From contig JBBDPM010000001.1 of the NCBI GenBank assembly GCA_040876345.1, positions 270,313 through 334,312 on the forward strand: a stretch of 64,000 nt of DNA, read 5' to 3'. Of this stretch, positions 27,944-37,411 are shown piece by piece. The notes under the pieces are model-generated. The model was not told where the DNA came from. It ran no database searches and saw nothing but the letters and a program-made list of their open reading frames with translations. Made by a program: the position numbers and the translations under genes. The stretch is from Candidatus Woykebacteria bacterium (GTDB taxonomy: Bacteria; Patescibacteriota; Microgenomatia; Woykebacterales; RBG-16-39-9b). How positions within the stretch are numbered: position 1 is the first letter of the stretch; every line of letters starts with the position of its first letter.

Positions 27944-29062
27944 ATGGCAATCGAAAGGCTTGCTTGGTGTAAAATTTCAAAAAAGGCAATTGAGCACAAC
28001 ATTGGGCAGATACAAAAATTTGTCGGAAAAGATGTTGGCATAATGGCAGTGGTGAAAGGTAATGCTTATGGACATGGTGCGATAGAGGTCTCGAAGATTG
28101 CATTGGAGTCTGGAGTAAAATGCCTAGGAGTGTCGTCTTTTTACGAAGCTAAGAGACTTCGCGAATCAGGTATTAAGGATCAAATTGTAATTCTAGGTTT
28201 TACTCCAACGGAGAATTATTACGATATGGTTGAAAACGATATTACTGTAACTATTCGTAGTTTAGATGTCGCCCACTCCTTAGTGACGGCAGCAAGAAGG
28301 TTAAATAAAATTGCAAGGGTTTGGATAAAGGTTAACACTGGTCTAAACCGGCTAGGGCTTAAACCTGGAGAAGTATTGTTCTTTGCAAAGAAGCTTCAAG
28401 ATTTGCCAAACCTTGAAGTTGAAGGTATTTTTACGCATTTTGCGGGAGATGATGAAGATACAGAAGCTACCTTCACAAAGCAACAACTTCACGTGTTCAA
28501 TAAAGTTTTAGACGAACTAAAAAAGGAAAAAATTGAAATATCAATCAAATCGGCCGCAAACACAGCGGCTATTTTTTCTGTGCCAGAAAGTCATTTTGAT
28601 ATGGTTCGAGCCGGGATTGGGCTTTGGGGATTTGACACCTCAGGGTTAGGTAAAGTGAGACTTGAAAAAGCACTTACTTTCAAGACAGAAATCGTCCAAA
28701 TTACCGAAATCCAGGTGGGAGAAACAGTTGGTTACAGCCGGACTTTCAAAGCAACTAGGCCAACAACAGTAGCCACAATTGCGGTTGGCTATGCAGATGG
28801 TTTTCGCAGAGCCCCAAAAAATTGGGGTGAGGTGCTAATTGCTGGGCAAAAAGCACCTTTAGTGGGTCGTGTCTCCATGGATCAGGCTGCAGTTGACATA
28901 ACGGACCTAGAAGGTGATATTCGGCGTGGTGTAGAGGTAATTTTAGTTGGAAAAAGCAGGGATTTAGAGCTTTCAGCTGATGATGTGGCCGAGAAGCTTG
29001 GAACAAGTCCATACGAAGTTTTAACCAGTATTTCTGCAAGAGTGAGTCGATTTTATGTCTAA
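27944..29062 (+). CDS. alr: Alanine racemase
   Basis: AVVKGNAYGHG, NTGLNRLG, VGYADG, GRVSMDQ. Confidence 0.95.
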   Translation: MAIERLAWCKISKKAIEHNIGQIQKFVGKDVGIMAVVKGNAYGHGAIEVSKIALESGVKCLGVSSFYEAKRLRESGIKDQIVILGFTPTENYYDMVENDITVTIRSLDVAHSLVTAARRLNKIARVWIKVNTGLNRLGLKPGEVLFFAKKLQDLPNLEVEGIFTHFAGDDEDTEATFTKQQLHVFNKVLDELKKEKIEISIKSAANTAAIFSVPESHFDMVRAGIGLWGFDTSGLGKVRLEKALTFKTEIVQITEIQVGETVGYSRTFKATRPTTVATIAVGYADGFRRAPKNWGEVLIAGQKAPLVGRVSMDQAAVDITDLEGDIRRGVEVILVGKSRDLELSADDVAEKLGTSPYEVLTSISARVSRFYV

Positions 29063-30080
29063 AAAATTAAAGTTGGCAATAATTTTTGGAGGAAAGAGTG
29101 GGGAGCATGAAATATCGATAGTTTCAGCTCGGTCCATCATCAAAGAAGTCGATAAGGTAAAGTACGAGGTTAAGGAAATTTTAATAACTAAAAAAGGCGG
29201 TTGGCTGGTGAGTGGTAAAGCCTGCTCTATCTCGGAAGCACTAGACGGAGTAGATGTAGCCTTTCCAGTTTTGCACGGGCCTTACGGAGAAGATGGAACT
29301 ATCCAAGGGTTGTTCGAAATTGTTGGCGTTCCTTATGTTGGCTCTGGTGTTTTAGCTTCGGCTGTAGCCATGGATAAAGCCCTTGCGAAGGATTTATTCA
29401 AAGCAAATAGCCTTCCAGTGGTAGATAGTTTTGTTGTTAAAAAGCTTCACTGGGGAAAAGAAGAAAATTCCATAGTCAATAAAATAGAGGAAAAAATTGG
29501 ATTTCCTAGCTTTGTAAAGCCTGCAAATTTAGGATCAAGCGTGGGAGTCTCAAAAGTTAAAAAGAAAGACGATCTAAACAAAGCTATTGAGGAAGCGTTT
29601 GAATATGATAACAAAGTTTTGGTTGAAAAAGCAGTCCAAAACGCCCGGGAGATTGAGGTGGCCGTGCTGGGCAATGAAAGCCCTATACCATCCGTCTGTG
29701 GGGAAATAGTCCCTTCACAAGAATTTTATTCGTATGAGGCAAAATACGTTGATGAAAGTTCGGAATTAATAATTCCGGCCAAGATCACTGAAAAATTGTC
29801 CAAAGAAATTAGAAGTTTAGCAATTATGGCTTATAAAGCGGTTGATGGGTCTGGGATGGCCAGGGTTGATTTCCTGTTTGATGATAAATCTGAGAATATA
29901 TATTTGAATGAAATTAACACAATTCCTGGATTTACCTCAATTAGCATGTACCCAAAGCTTTGGGAGAAGTCTGGGCTACCCTACCCGAAATTAATTAACA
30001 GGCTGATCCAACTTGGTATAGATAGATTCAATAGTAAAAATTCCCTGAGGGTTGACTACCCGTCTAAAATTAATCCTTAG
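29055..30080 (+). CDS. ddl: D-alanine--D-alanine ligase
   Basis: GGKSGEHEIS, LHGPYGEDG, KPANLGSSVG, YEAKY, NEINTIPG. Confidence 0.96.
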   Translation: MSKKLKLAIIFGGKSGEHEISIVSARSIIKEVDKVKYEVKEILITKKGGWLVSGKACSISEALDGVDVAFPVLHGPYGEDGTIQGLFEIVGVPYVGSGVLASAVAMDKALAKDLFKANSLPVVDSFVVKKLHWGKEENSIVNKIEEKIGFPSFVKPANLGSSVGVSKVKKKDDLNKAIEEAFEYDNKVLVEKAVQNAREIEVAVLGNESPIPSVCGEIVPSQEFYSYEAKYVDESSELIIPAKITEKLSKEIRSLAIMAYKAVDGSGMARVDFLFDDKSENIYLNEINTIPGFTSISMYPKLWEKSGLPYPKLINRLIQLGIDRFNSKNSLRVDYPSKINP

Positions 30081-31280
30081 ATGAAAATAAAAAAATTTAT
30101 TGCCCCGCCATTTCATTTTTCAAGAAGAGTTATAGCAAAACTTTGGATTATTGCTCATCCAAAAGCTACTATTATTGGTGTTACTGGAAGCTACGGCAAA
30201 ACAAATACCACTATGGCAATAGCCTATGTATTGGGGGCCAAGTTCAAAACTATAGTTACCGATGTCAATCTTGATACGCTCCACAATATTCCAATTACTA
30301 TTCTGCATCTTGGGGATCACGAGAAATTAGTTTTGGAGTATGGGGTTGATCATCCAGGGGAGATGAGTACCCATCTTTTTACAACTAAGCCAAAAGTCGC
30401 AATTGTCACTGGTATTTCTCCAGTGCATGCGGACAAAGAACATTTTGGAAGCTTGGAGAAGATTATTGCGGAGAAAGCAAAGCTTGTTTCAGCACTGCCG
30501 AGGAAAGGTTTCGCAATTCTCAACTGGGATGATCAAAATGTACGTCGTATGTCTCAAGCAACCAAGGCACAGGTTATTTTTTACGGAACAGATCCGACAA
30601 ACTGCAGCCTTTGGGCAGATAGGGTAAAGGTAAGCTTCAAAGGAACAGAGTTTTATTTGCATGTTCAAGGAGAGCAAATAAAAATTAAAACTCAATTAGT
30701 CGGCCGCCACTATATCTACAATTTAATGGCAGCAGCAGCCGTTGCACTTACCCAAAAAATGACTCTCAAGGAAATAGCATCCGCCATTGAAAATCTGAAA
30801 CCACTTCCAGGCCGGCTTAGTGTTGAGCCCGGGCCAAAAAATACAGTTATATTGAATGATTCACGCAGGGCCAATCCTGCTTCTACAATTGCTGGGCTGC
30901 AAACCCTGGATGACCTTATTGCAAAGAGAAAAATTGCGGTAATTGGGGAGATGGGGGAGTTGGGTCAGTACGATGAGGAGGGTCACAGAGAGGTTGGTAA
31001 GTTTACTAAAAATATAAAGATTGATTATTTGGTGGGAATTGGTCCCTCCACCAAATATATAATTGATGAGGCAAAGAAATCGATGAGGAAGGGAAGGGCG
31101 ATCCATACAAAAGATGTTTTTGAAGCTGCTGGAGTACTAGGAACAATTCTTCAAAAAGGGGATCTTTGGTATCTTAAGGGATCATTGCTCAAGCATGTGG
31201 AGCGGATTATTTTACTGCTTGAGGGAAAAGACGTAGATTCTGATGAGACAGCCTTCCACCGCTATGAAGTCTACCGTTGA
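30081..31280 (+). CDS. murF: UDP-MurNAc-pentapeptide synthetase
   Basis: GVTGSYGKT, LEYG..HPGEM, NDS..ANP, GEMGELG, LKGS. Confidence 0.88.
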   Translation: MKIKKFIAPPFHFSRRVIAKLWIIAHPKATIIGVTGSYGKTNTTMAIAYVLGAKFKTIVTDVNLDTLHNIPITILHLGDHEKLVLEYGVDHPGEMSTHLFTTKPKVAIVTGISPVHADKEHFGSLEKIIAEKAKLVSALPRKGFAILNWDDQNVRRMSQATKAQVIFYGTDPTNCSLWADRVKVSFKGTEFYLHVQGEQIKIKTQLVGRHYIYNLMAAAAVALTQKMTLKEIASAIENLKPLPGRLSVEPGPKNTVILNDSRRANPASTIAGLQTLDDLIAKRKIAVIGEMGELGQYDEEGHREVGKFTKNIKIDYLVGIGPSTKYIIDEAKKSMRKGRAIHTKDVFEAAGVLGTILQKGDLWYLKGSLLKHVERIILLLEGKDVDSDETAFHRYEVYR

Positions 31281-31282
31281 TA

Positions 31283-32043
31283 CTAGTCGAGGAATTTGAG
31301 GGTTGATACTATGGAATCTAGAGCTGGTTCAAACTGACCCCTAACAAAATATGCTGTGAAAATGAAAACAGTAGTTTTGTTTGCTTCAATATAGATAGAT
31401 ACTGTCCTAAGTTCTTTTAAATAACCTTGATAACTTATATTTTTATAAACAGTAAAATTCCCCAGTTTCTTTGATTCCAAGTCTTCATACGACGAAGGAG
31501 GACAGCAATCTGATCTATTTGATAAGGCAAAATTTTTAAGATTATTATCACCTTTCTTTAAAACCTTGTTGATAGCAATTTTATACTATCCTTCCCTTCA
31601 ATTAATTCTCTTCCAGCAGCATTTTCTGGGTCGTAATTAGTAATATTTGCTGTAGCTTGTCTGTCATAAGCTGTTTTCCCAGACCAACTTTTTGCAGATT
31701 CAATAAACCATTTATTTGGGTACCTCAACTCAAACCCTAGAACTATATCTTTATAAGTCTTCCACCCAGTAGTCTCGTCTTTTTTGGCAGAAGGTGTGGA
31801 AGAGGGTGTAGCTTTTTTCGCGGTCGGGGTAGAGACTTTGATTGGGGTTTGGTCGACAGGTTATGTTGACTTACCTAACACAAAATACCAAAGCCCACCT
31901 CCGATTAATCCGGTAATTATAACTACAACAATTACTATAATAATTATTTTTGACCAAGAAAGTCCTTTCGAAGTCGATACAACTTGGGGAGTTGGTGTCG
32001 AAGGTTAAATCTGTGGTTGTGTTTGAACAGGATCTTCAGGCAC
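31283..32043 (-). pseudogene. Degraded copy B of the variable surface protein family
   Basis: MPEDPVQTQPQI*PSTP...SWSKIIII...GGGLWYFVLGKST*PVDQTPIKVSTP...KKDETTGWKTY...RYPNKW; stops at 32005-07 and 31861-63, frameshift near 31580, C-terminus IVSTLKFLD. Confidence 0.85.
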
Positions 32044-32124
32044 TAATTTATCAAATGTAAACTTAGTATTGTCGAGCTCGAGCGTTTGCTTGCAAGGCTG
32101 AAGAGTGATAAAATAAGCTTCAAT

Positions 32125-33159
32125 ATGGCTGATATTTTGGGGGTTTTGCTTTTCTCTTTTGGAGTTACTTTTCTGGCTGCAATTCCCTTTATAAACTTAC
32201 TTTACAGGCTAAAATTCCAACGTCAGAGAGAGCAACAAAAGGATATTTTTGGGGTAATCACTTCAATTGTCAACCGCTTGCACGGTTGGAAAGTTGGCAC
32301 ACCAAATGCAGGTGGAGTTTTGATAATTATCGTGAGTATCGTTCTTTCTGCAGTTTTTTATAAATTAGTGCCAGGTTATGATATTCGGACCAAGCTTCAT
32401 GGAGTGAATTGGGCGGCAGTGAGTCTTTATCTTACTTTAATTTTATTTGGAGCCCTTGGTCTTTATGATGATCTTCGGAAATTTTACGGGTTTGGTTTGG
32501 AAGGGGTTTGGGGTCTTAGGCTTAGGTACAAATTTATTTTGCAGTGGGCTTTTGCGTTATTCATAGGCTGGATTTTATACTCGAAGCTTGGGTTTTCCAG
32601 CATTCACGTACCAGTTGTTGACTCGGACTTGAATTTAGGTGCTTGGTATATTCTGTTTTCTGCTTTTGTAATTGTGGCTACAAGTAATGCTGTTAATATC
32701 ACTGATGGTCTGGATGGACTCGCCACTGGCCTTACAATTATCACCCTTTCTGCTTTTTGGGTTTTGGCCAGCTTTTCTGGACAGCTAGATACTGTTTTGT
32801 TTATTGCGGTGATGATGGGCTCCCTCCTGGCTTTTCTCTACTTTAACATCTTTCCTGCCAGAGTCTGGCTGGGGGATACAGGCGCACTGGCCCTTGGAGC
32901 AATGATTGCCGTAATTGCCCTTGTGTTAAATGCGTCTTTAGTACTTCCTTTTATTGGCCTTGTATTTCTTGTCGAGACCCTTTCTTCTTTACTTCAGTGG
33001 TTGTCAAAGGCCATAAGAGGCGGGAAGAAAATATTTTTGTCTGCACCAGTTCACCATCATTTTGAAGCAAAGGGGTGGGATGAGACCAAAGTCACAATGC
33101 GGTTTTGGCTTGCTGGGGCAGTAAGCGCATTTATCGGCCTTTTCCTTGCCTTTGTGTAA
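32125..33159 (+). CDS. mraY: Phospho-N-acetylmuramoyl-pentapeptide transferase
   Basis: GTPNAGG, GLYDD, NAVNITDGLDGL, LGDTG, APVHHHFE. Confidence 0.95.
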   Translation: MADILGVLLFSFGVTFLAAIPFINLLYRLKFQRQREQQKDIFGVITSIVNRLHGWKVGTPNAGGVLIIIVSIVLSAVFYKLVPGYDIRTKLHGVNWAAVSLYLTLILFGALGLYDDLRKFYGFGLEGVWGLRLRYKFILQWAFALFIGWILYSKLGFSSIHVPVVDSDLNLGAWYILFSAFVIVATSNAVNITDGLDGLATGLTIITLSAFWVLASFSGQLDTVLFIAVMMGSLLAFLYFNIFPARVWLGDTGALALGAMIAVIALVLNASLVLPFIGLVFLVETLSSLLQWLSKAIRGGKKIFLSAPVHHHFEAKGWDETKVTMRFWLAGAVSAFIGLFLAFV

Positions 33160-33162
33160 TTC

Positions 33163-33894
33163 ATGATAAAGCTAGATAGGGGCTTTTACACTTTTAAAAC
33201 CTTTTCTTTATACCCTAAACTTTTAGGTATCGTCACAACAAAACTTGCCGGGAACTTCAAGAGTCTTAAAAACAACGATACTAGGCCACTTTTTATTTTG
33301 GAACAGTTAGGAATCGATCACCGTAAAGTCGTCCAAGCCCAGCAGATTCACAGTGGTAATGTAGCTTGGGCTCATGATTATAATGCGGCTAGCACTATGC
33401 AAGGGTATGATGGTCTAATAACTAGTGAAAGAAACCTTTTTTTAACAGTTCTTGTAGCAGATTGTGTTCCGATTTTATTCTTTGACCCGGTCCAGAATTT
33501 TATTGCAGTTGCTCACAGCGGCTGGCGTGGTGCTTTGCAAAAGATAAGCCTTGCGGTTGCCGAGGAATTTACAAAATTTGGCTCTAATAAAGAAAATATT
33601 TTGGTTGCGGCCGGACCCTCTATAGGCAACTGCCATTACGATATTGACTCCTCTCGCGCGCAACTCTTTGATCTCTCTTTTGGTAAAGATAAAGTCACAA
33701 GAGAAGAGAAGGGAAAGATTTATTTAGATTTGGTAGCGGCTGCAACTAACCCCTTATTGGAATTTGGAATTCCGGAGAAAAATATTGAAGTATCTGGAGT
33801 TTGTACTGCGGAAAGCAGTGAATTTTATTCTTATCGAAGGGAAAAAGAAAGTGGGGGAAGATTTGCCGCTATAATTGGAATGAAGAATGAATAG
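33163..33894 (+). CDS. pgeF: Peptidoglycan editing factor PgeF/YfiH
   Basis: QIHS, DGLIT, ADCVPI, AHSGWRG, GPSI, CT...FYSYRR. Confidence 0.9.
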   Translation: MIKLDRGFYTFKTFSLYPKLLGIVTTKLAGNFKSLKNNDTRPLFILEQLGIDHRKVVQAQQIHSGNVAWAHDYNAASTMQGYDGLITSERNLFLTVLVADCVPILFFDPVQNFIAVAHSGWRGALQKISLAVAEEFTKFGSNKENILVAAGPSIGNCHYDIDSSRAQLFDLSFGKDKVTREEKGKIYLDLVAAATNPLLEFGIPEKNIEVSGVCTAESSEFYSYRREKESGGRFAAIIGMKNE

Positions 33895-35269
33895 TTTAGG
33901 AGCTAATTTTGAAGGTAAAAAAGTTGCAATTTTGGGCCTTGGAGTTGAAGGTCTCTCCTCCTTGAAATTTTTTGCAAAAACCAAGGCTGAAATTTCTGTT
34001 CGTGATCAAAAAGAACAAAAAGATTTTGACCCCGCTTTATTAGCCCAGGTAAAAAACTACACCCAAGATTATGTTTTTGGTGCAAATTACCTTTCAAATA
34101 TTTCTGGATTTGATGTAATCGTACGCTCCCCTGCTCTTCGACCAGATTTACCTGAAATCTTAAAAGCTACAACTTCCGGCGCTCGGTTAACCAGCAACCT
34201 GAAACTTTTTTTTGATTTTTGCAAAGGTAAAATAATTGGAGTTACTGGCACAAAAGGTAAGGGAACCACTTCTACTCTAATCTTTGAGATGTTAAAAAAG
34301 GCTGGAAAAAAGGTTTTTATCGGTGGAAATATCGGCACAGCCCCACTCGATTTTCTAGAGGATGTTACGGAAGATTCTTGGGTAGTCTTAGAAATATCAA
34401 GCTTTCAACTCATTGACATGCAGACAAGCCCTTATATTGCGGTGGTCCTCATGATCGCAAGTGAGCACCTAGATTGGCATAAAAGTACTGAAGAGTATAT
34501 CAAAGCTAAGACTAGTATTGTATCGCATCAAACCGAGCAAGATTTTGTGGTTATAAACGTGGACCATCCAATTTCTGAAGGCTTTGCAAAGCTATCCAAA
34601 GCTAATAAAGCGTTTGTCAGTTTATTTAAAGAGCAAAACCCAGGGGTTTACTTGAAGAATGAAGTGGTGACACGATCCTTCGAAGGAAAAGTCGAAGAAA
34701 TATTACCAATAAAGGAGGTTTTTTTGCGAGGGAGACATAATTTAGAAAATATTACCACCGCCGCGGCTGTCTCGTCACTTGCGGGAGTTTCAGTCCAAGA
34801 TATTGCGTCAGTTGCTCGGGAGTTTAAAGGTCTCCCACATCGCCTTGAATTTGTTCGGGAAGTAAGTGGCGTAAAATATTACGATGATTCTTTCTCCACT
34901 ACACCAGAGACTGCAATTGCTGCTATTCGAAGCTTTAGCGAGCCTTTAGTAATTATTTTAGGAGGTAGTGAGAAAGGATCTGATTATACGGATTTGGGCT
35001 CGGTTGTAAGAAGCGCAAAAAACATTAAAGGGGTTATTTTAATTGGGGAGACAGCCGACAAAATCGAGAGTGAAATTACCAGTATTAGTGGGTTTGGCGG
35101 AAAAATAATCAAAGGGCCCAGGACTACGCAAGAAATAATTACCACCGCAAAATCTTTAACCCAGCCAGGCGATATAGTCCTTCTTTCCCCCGCTTGTGCT
35201 AGTTTTGGGCTCTTCGTAAATTATAAGGACCGCGGAGATCAGTTTAAAGAAGTCGTGAATAGAATTTAA
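33887..35269 (+). CDS. murD: UDP-MurNAc-L-Ala--D-glutamate ligase
   Basis: GVTGTKGKGTT, GGNIG, LEISSFQL, HRLE, LSPACASF. Confidence 0.95.
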   Translation: MNSLGANFEGKKVAILGLGVEGLSSLKFFAKTKAEISVRDQKEQKDFDPALLAQVKNYTQDYVFGANYLSNISGFDVIVRSPALRPDLPEILKATTSGARLTSNLKLFFDFCKGKIIGVTGTKGKGTTSTLIFEMLKKAGKKVFIGGNIGTAPLDFLEDVTEDSWVVLEISSFQLIDMQTSPYIAVVLMIASEHLDWHKSTEEYIKAKTSIVSHQTEQDFVVINVDHPISEGFAKLSKANKAFVSLFKEQNPGVYLKNEVVTRSFEGKVEEILPIKEVFLRGRHNLENITTAAAVSSLAGVSVQDIASVAREFKGLPHRLEFVREVSGVKYYDDSFSTTPETAIAAIRSFSEPLVIILGGSEKGSDYTDLGSVVRSAKNIKGVILIGETADKIESEITSISGFGGKIIKGPRTTQEIITTAKSLTQPGDIVLLSPACASFGLFVNYKDRGDQFKEVVNRI

Positions 35270-35284
35270 TAGTTTAGCTTCCAA

Positions 35285-35362
35285 CCTGCCTACCGGCAAG
35301 GCAGGGGCCTGGCCTTGGAACGTATATTTTAAATCTATGTACAGTATACCAGTATACTGTAC
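35285..35362. repeat. Two intergenic palindromes upstream of copy C
   Basis: CCTGCCT-ACCGGCA-AGGCAGG (35285-305) and GTACAGTATAC-CA-GTATACTGTAC (35339-62). Confidence 0.65.
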
Positions 35363-35402
35363 TTTTTGACTTCGATATTACTTTTGTGGAACAATTAAAT
35401 TG

Positions 35403-36125
35403 ATGGATAATCCTGTTCAGGCTAGCCAACCACAGTCAAATCAAACACCCTTAAGCCCAACTCAAGCGTCAGTAGCAAAACCAGTTTCTTGGCCAAAAAT
35501 TATTTTAACTGTTTTAGTTATTGCGATTGCTGTTGGATTATTAGGCGGTGGGCTCTGGTATTTTGTTCTAAATAAATCATCAGATACAGTTGACACAACC
35601 CCAATCAAAGTCTCTACCCCATCTGCAAAGAAAGCAACAGAATCTTCAAAAAAAGCCACCTCTTCTACCACAAAAGACGAAATATCTAATTGGGAAACTG
35701 ATGTTGAAAATTTCATGGGATTAAAGTTCAGCTTAAAGTACCCTGCTAAATTCACTATTTACAGGAGTCATAATGCAGATGCCGTTTATACGACCGACGA
35801 AGGTTCCGAGAAGTTTTATGTCGTGACAAACAGAAGTTCGCTCATAACGAATTATGAGAACGGTGATGTTAGCTTATCTGTTTATGTTGAAGATAATCCT
35901 GTCTTGGCTCAAGGGATTAAATATGTGGATGCGGAATTCGCTGGAGTGGAAGCCAAAATGGGTGAGGGAGAGAGTCAAGGCGGTGGAAAAGTAGAGTATT
36001 ACACTAACAACCAACCATCAGCCAAGGGTAAATATGTAACTTTCTCATGCCTTTTTTACCCCTCCACTGATTTAGACCTTAAGAAAATATGTGACTTGAT
36101 GGCCTCAAACTTCAAATTCCTCTGA
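35403..36125 (+). CDS. Membrane-anchored variable surface protein, family copy C
   Basis: KPVSWPK-TM-GGGLWYFVLNK..TPIKVSTPSAKKATESSKKATSS..KDE..NW, F.LKYP, C-terminal MASNFKFL. Confidence 0.8.
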   Translation: MDNPVQASQPQSNQTPLSPTQASVAKPVSWPKIILTVLVIAIAVGLLGGGLWYFVLNKSSDTVDTTPIKVSTPSAKKATESSKKATSSTTKDEISNWETDVENFMGLKFSLKYPAKFTIYRSHNADAVYTTDEGSEKFYVVTNRSSLITNYENGDVSLSVYVEDNPVLAQGIKYVDAEFAGVEAKMGEGESQGGGKVEYYTNNQPSAKGKYVTFSCLFYPSTDLDLKKICDLMASNFKFL

Positions 36126-36127
36126 GT

Positions 36128-36203
36128 TTCGATCTTCGATAATCGATATTGGATCTTAGATATCATAAATCCTAAATCATACATCCCGCATCCAAAATCC
36201 AAA
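36128..36203. repeat. Degenerate 7-nt tandem repeats
   Basis: ttcgatc ttcgata atcgata ttggatc ttagata ... atcctaa atcatac atcccgc atccaaa atccaaa. Confidence 0.75.
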
Positions 36204-36256
36204 TTGGATTAAGCTTATAACATATAGTATAATATTACTCATCCTTTAACCTGCCC

Positions 36257-36278
36257 ACCCTTCGACTTCGCTCAGGGT
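36257..36278. repeat. REP-like palindromic element
   Basis: ACCCT-TCGACTTCGCTC-AGGGT. Confidence 0.5.
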
Positions 36279-36297
36279 CGGCACTTAATGTGCCAAG

Positions 36298-37395
36298 ATG
36301 GTAATTAGTAAATCTACAGAACATCGACCTGATTTTATTTTGCTCTTCACTAGTATTGTTCTTCTCCTTTTTGGACTTTTAATGGTTTATAACGCTTCTC
36401 CTGTCACGGCCCTTAGGGATTTTGGAGATCCATTTTATTTAGCAAGGCTACAACTTATTTGGACACTAGTTGCCGTGGTAGCTGGTATTGTTGCCTACAA
36501 AATTAATTATAAGATTTTCGAGCAGTTTGCGCCGATTTTTATGATTGGGGCAATACTCCTCTTGCTTGCAGTGTTTATTCCCGGCTTTGGAGTAAAAATC
36601 TATGGGGCCCAGCGTTGGATTAGCGTTGGTGGGATTTTTTCGATTCAGCCAGCCGAAATTGCTAAACTTGCCTATGTAGCCTATTTGGCTGCATTATTTT
36701 CAAAAAAACTGAAACTTACCCCCTTCCTAGTGGTTACAGCCTTAGTAGCCGCGATTGTACTGCTTCAGAGAGATTTGGGTACGACTGTGGTTATCTCCAC
36801 TGTCGGGCTGATAATGTATTTTTTGGCAGAAGCCCCACTAGCCCATTTTTTCACGATAATACCAGTTGGTATTTTAGCTGCCGCCGTCTTTGTTCTTGGA
36901 TCTGATTACAGAAGAAGTCGCCTTCTAAGTTTTCTTGATCCGACGCAAGACCCCCAGGGGACTTCCTACCACATAAATCAGATACTTATCGCCTTGGGTT
37001 CTGGAGGGATCTTTGGAGTGGGTCTAGGACAGTCGAGGCAAAAATATGGTTTTATTCCAGAGGTTACTACAGATTCAATTTTTGCGATAGTTGGAAACGA
37101 GTTTGGATTCATCGGATCTTTGATTCTAATAATTTTATTTGCGATTATAATAATTAGGGGTTTTCAAATCGCTAAGGGCACCAACGACAGGTTTGGAAAA
37201 TTATTGGCTTTGGGTATCACTTCATGGATTGGTGTCCAAACTTTTATTAATCTTGCCGGAATGGTGGCGCTTTTACCTCTTACTGGAATTCCACTACCAT
37301 TCATTTCTTACGGCGGTAGCTCACTAGTATCGGTTATAATGTCTGTTGGAATTCTTTTGAATATTTCCAAATACACCAGTAAGAATACACGATAG
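36298..37395 (+). CDS. ftsW: SEDS peptidoglycan polymerase FtsW
   Basis: GAQRWI, IQPAEIAK, QRDLG, GVGLGQSRQK, TDSIF, TGIPLPFISYGGSS; directly before murG. Confidence 0.93.
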   Translation: MVISKSTEHRPDFILLFTSIVLLLFGLLMVYNASPVTALRDFGDPFYLARLQLIWTLVAVVAGIVAYKINYKIFEQFAPIFMIGAILLLLAVFIPGFGVKIYGAQRWISVGGIFSIQPAEIAKLAYVAYLAALFSKKLKLTPFLVVTALVAAIVLLQRDLGTTVVISTVGLIMYFLAEAPLAHFFTIIPVGILAAAVFVLGSDYRRSRLLSFLDPTQDPQGTSYHINQILIALGSGGIFGVGLGQSRQKYGFIPEVTTDSIFAIVGNEFGFIGSLILIILFAIIIIRGFQIAKGTNDRFGKLLALGITSWIGVQTFINLAGMVALLPLTGIPLPFISYGGSSLVSVIMSVGILLNISKYTSKNTR

Positions 37396-37411
37396 TATAT
37401 AATATCTAGTT

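Noticed and set aside
31784-32008. 74-aa plus-strand ORF (also 35462-35755 on minus)
   Set aside because: Antisense shadows of the variable-family anchor region
25724-36203. Heptamer arrays as CRISPR arrays
   Set aside because: Units are 7 nt and degenerate, with no unique spacers and no cas genes in the window
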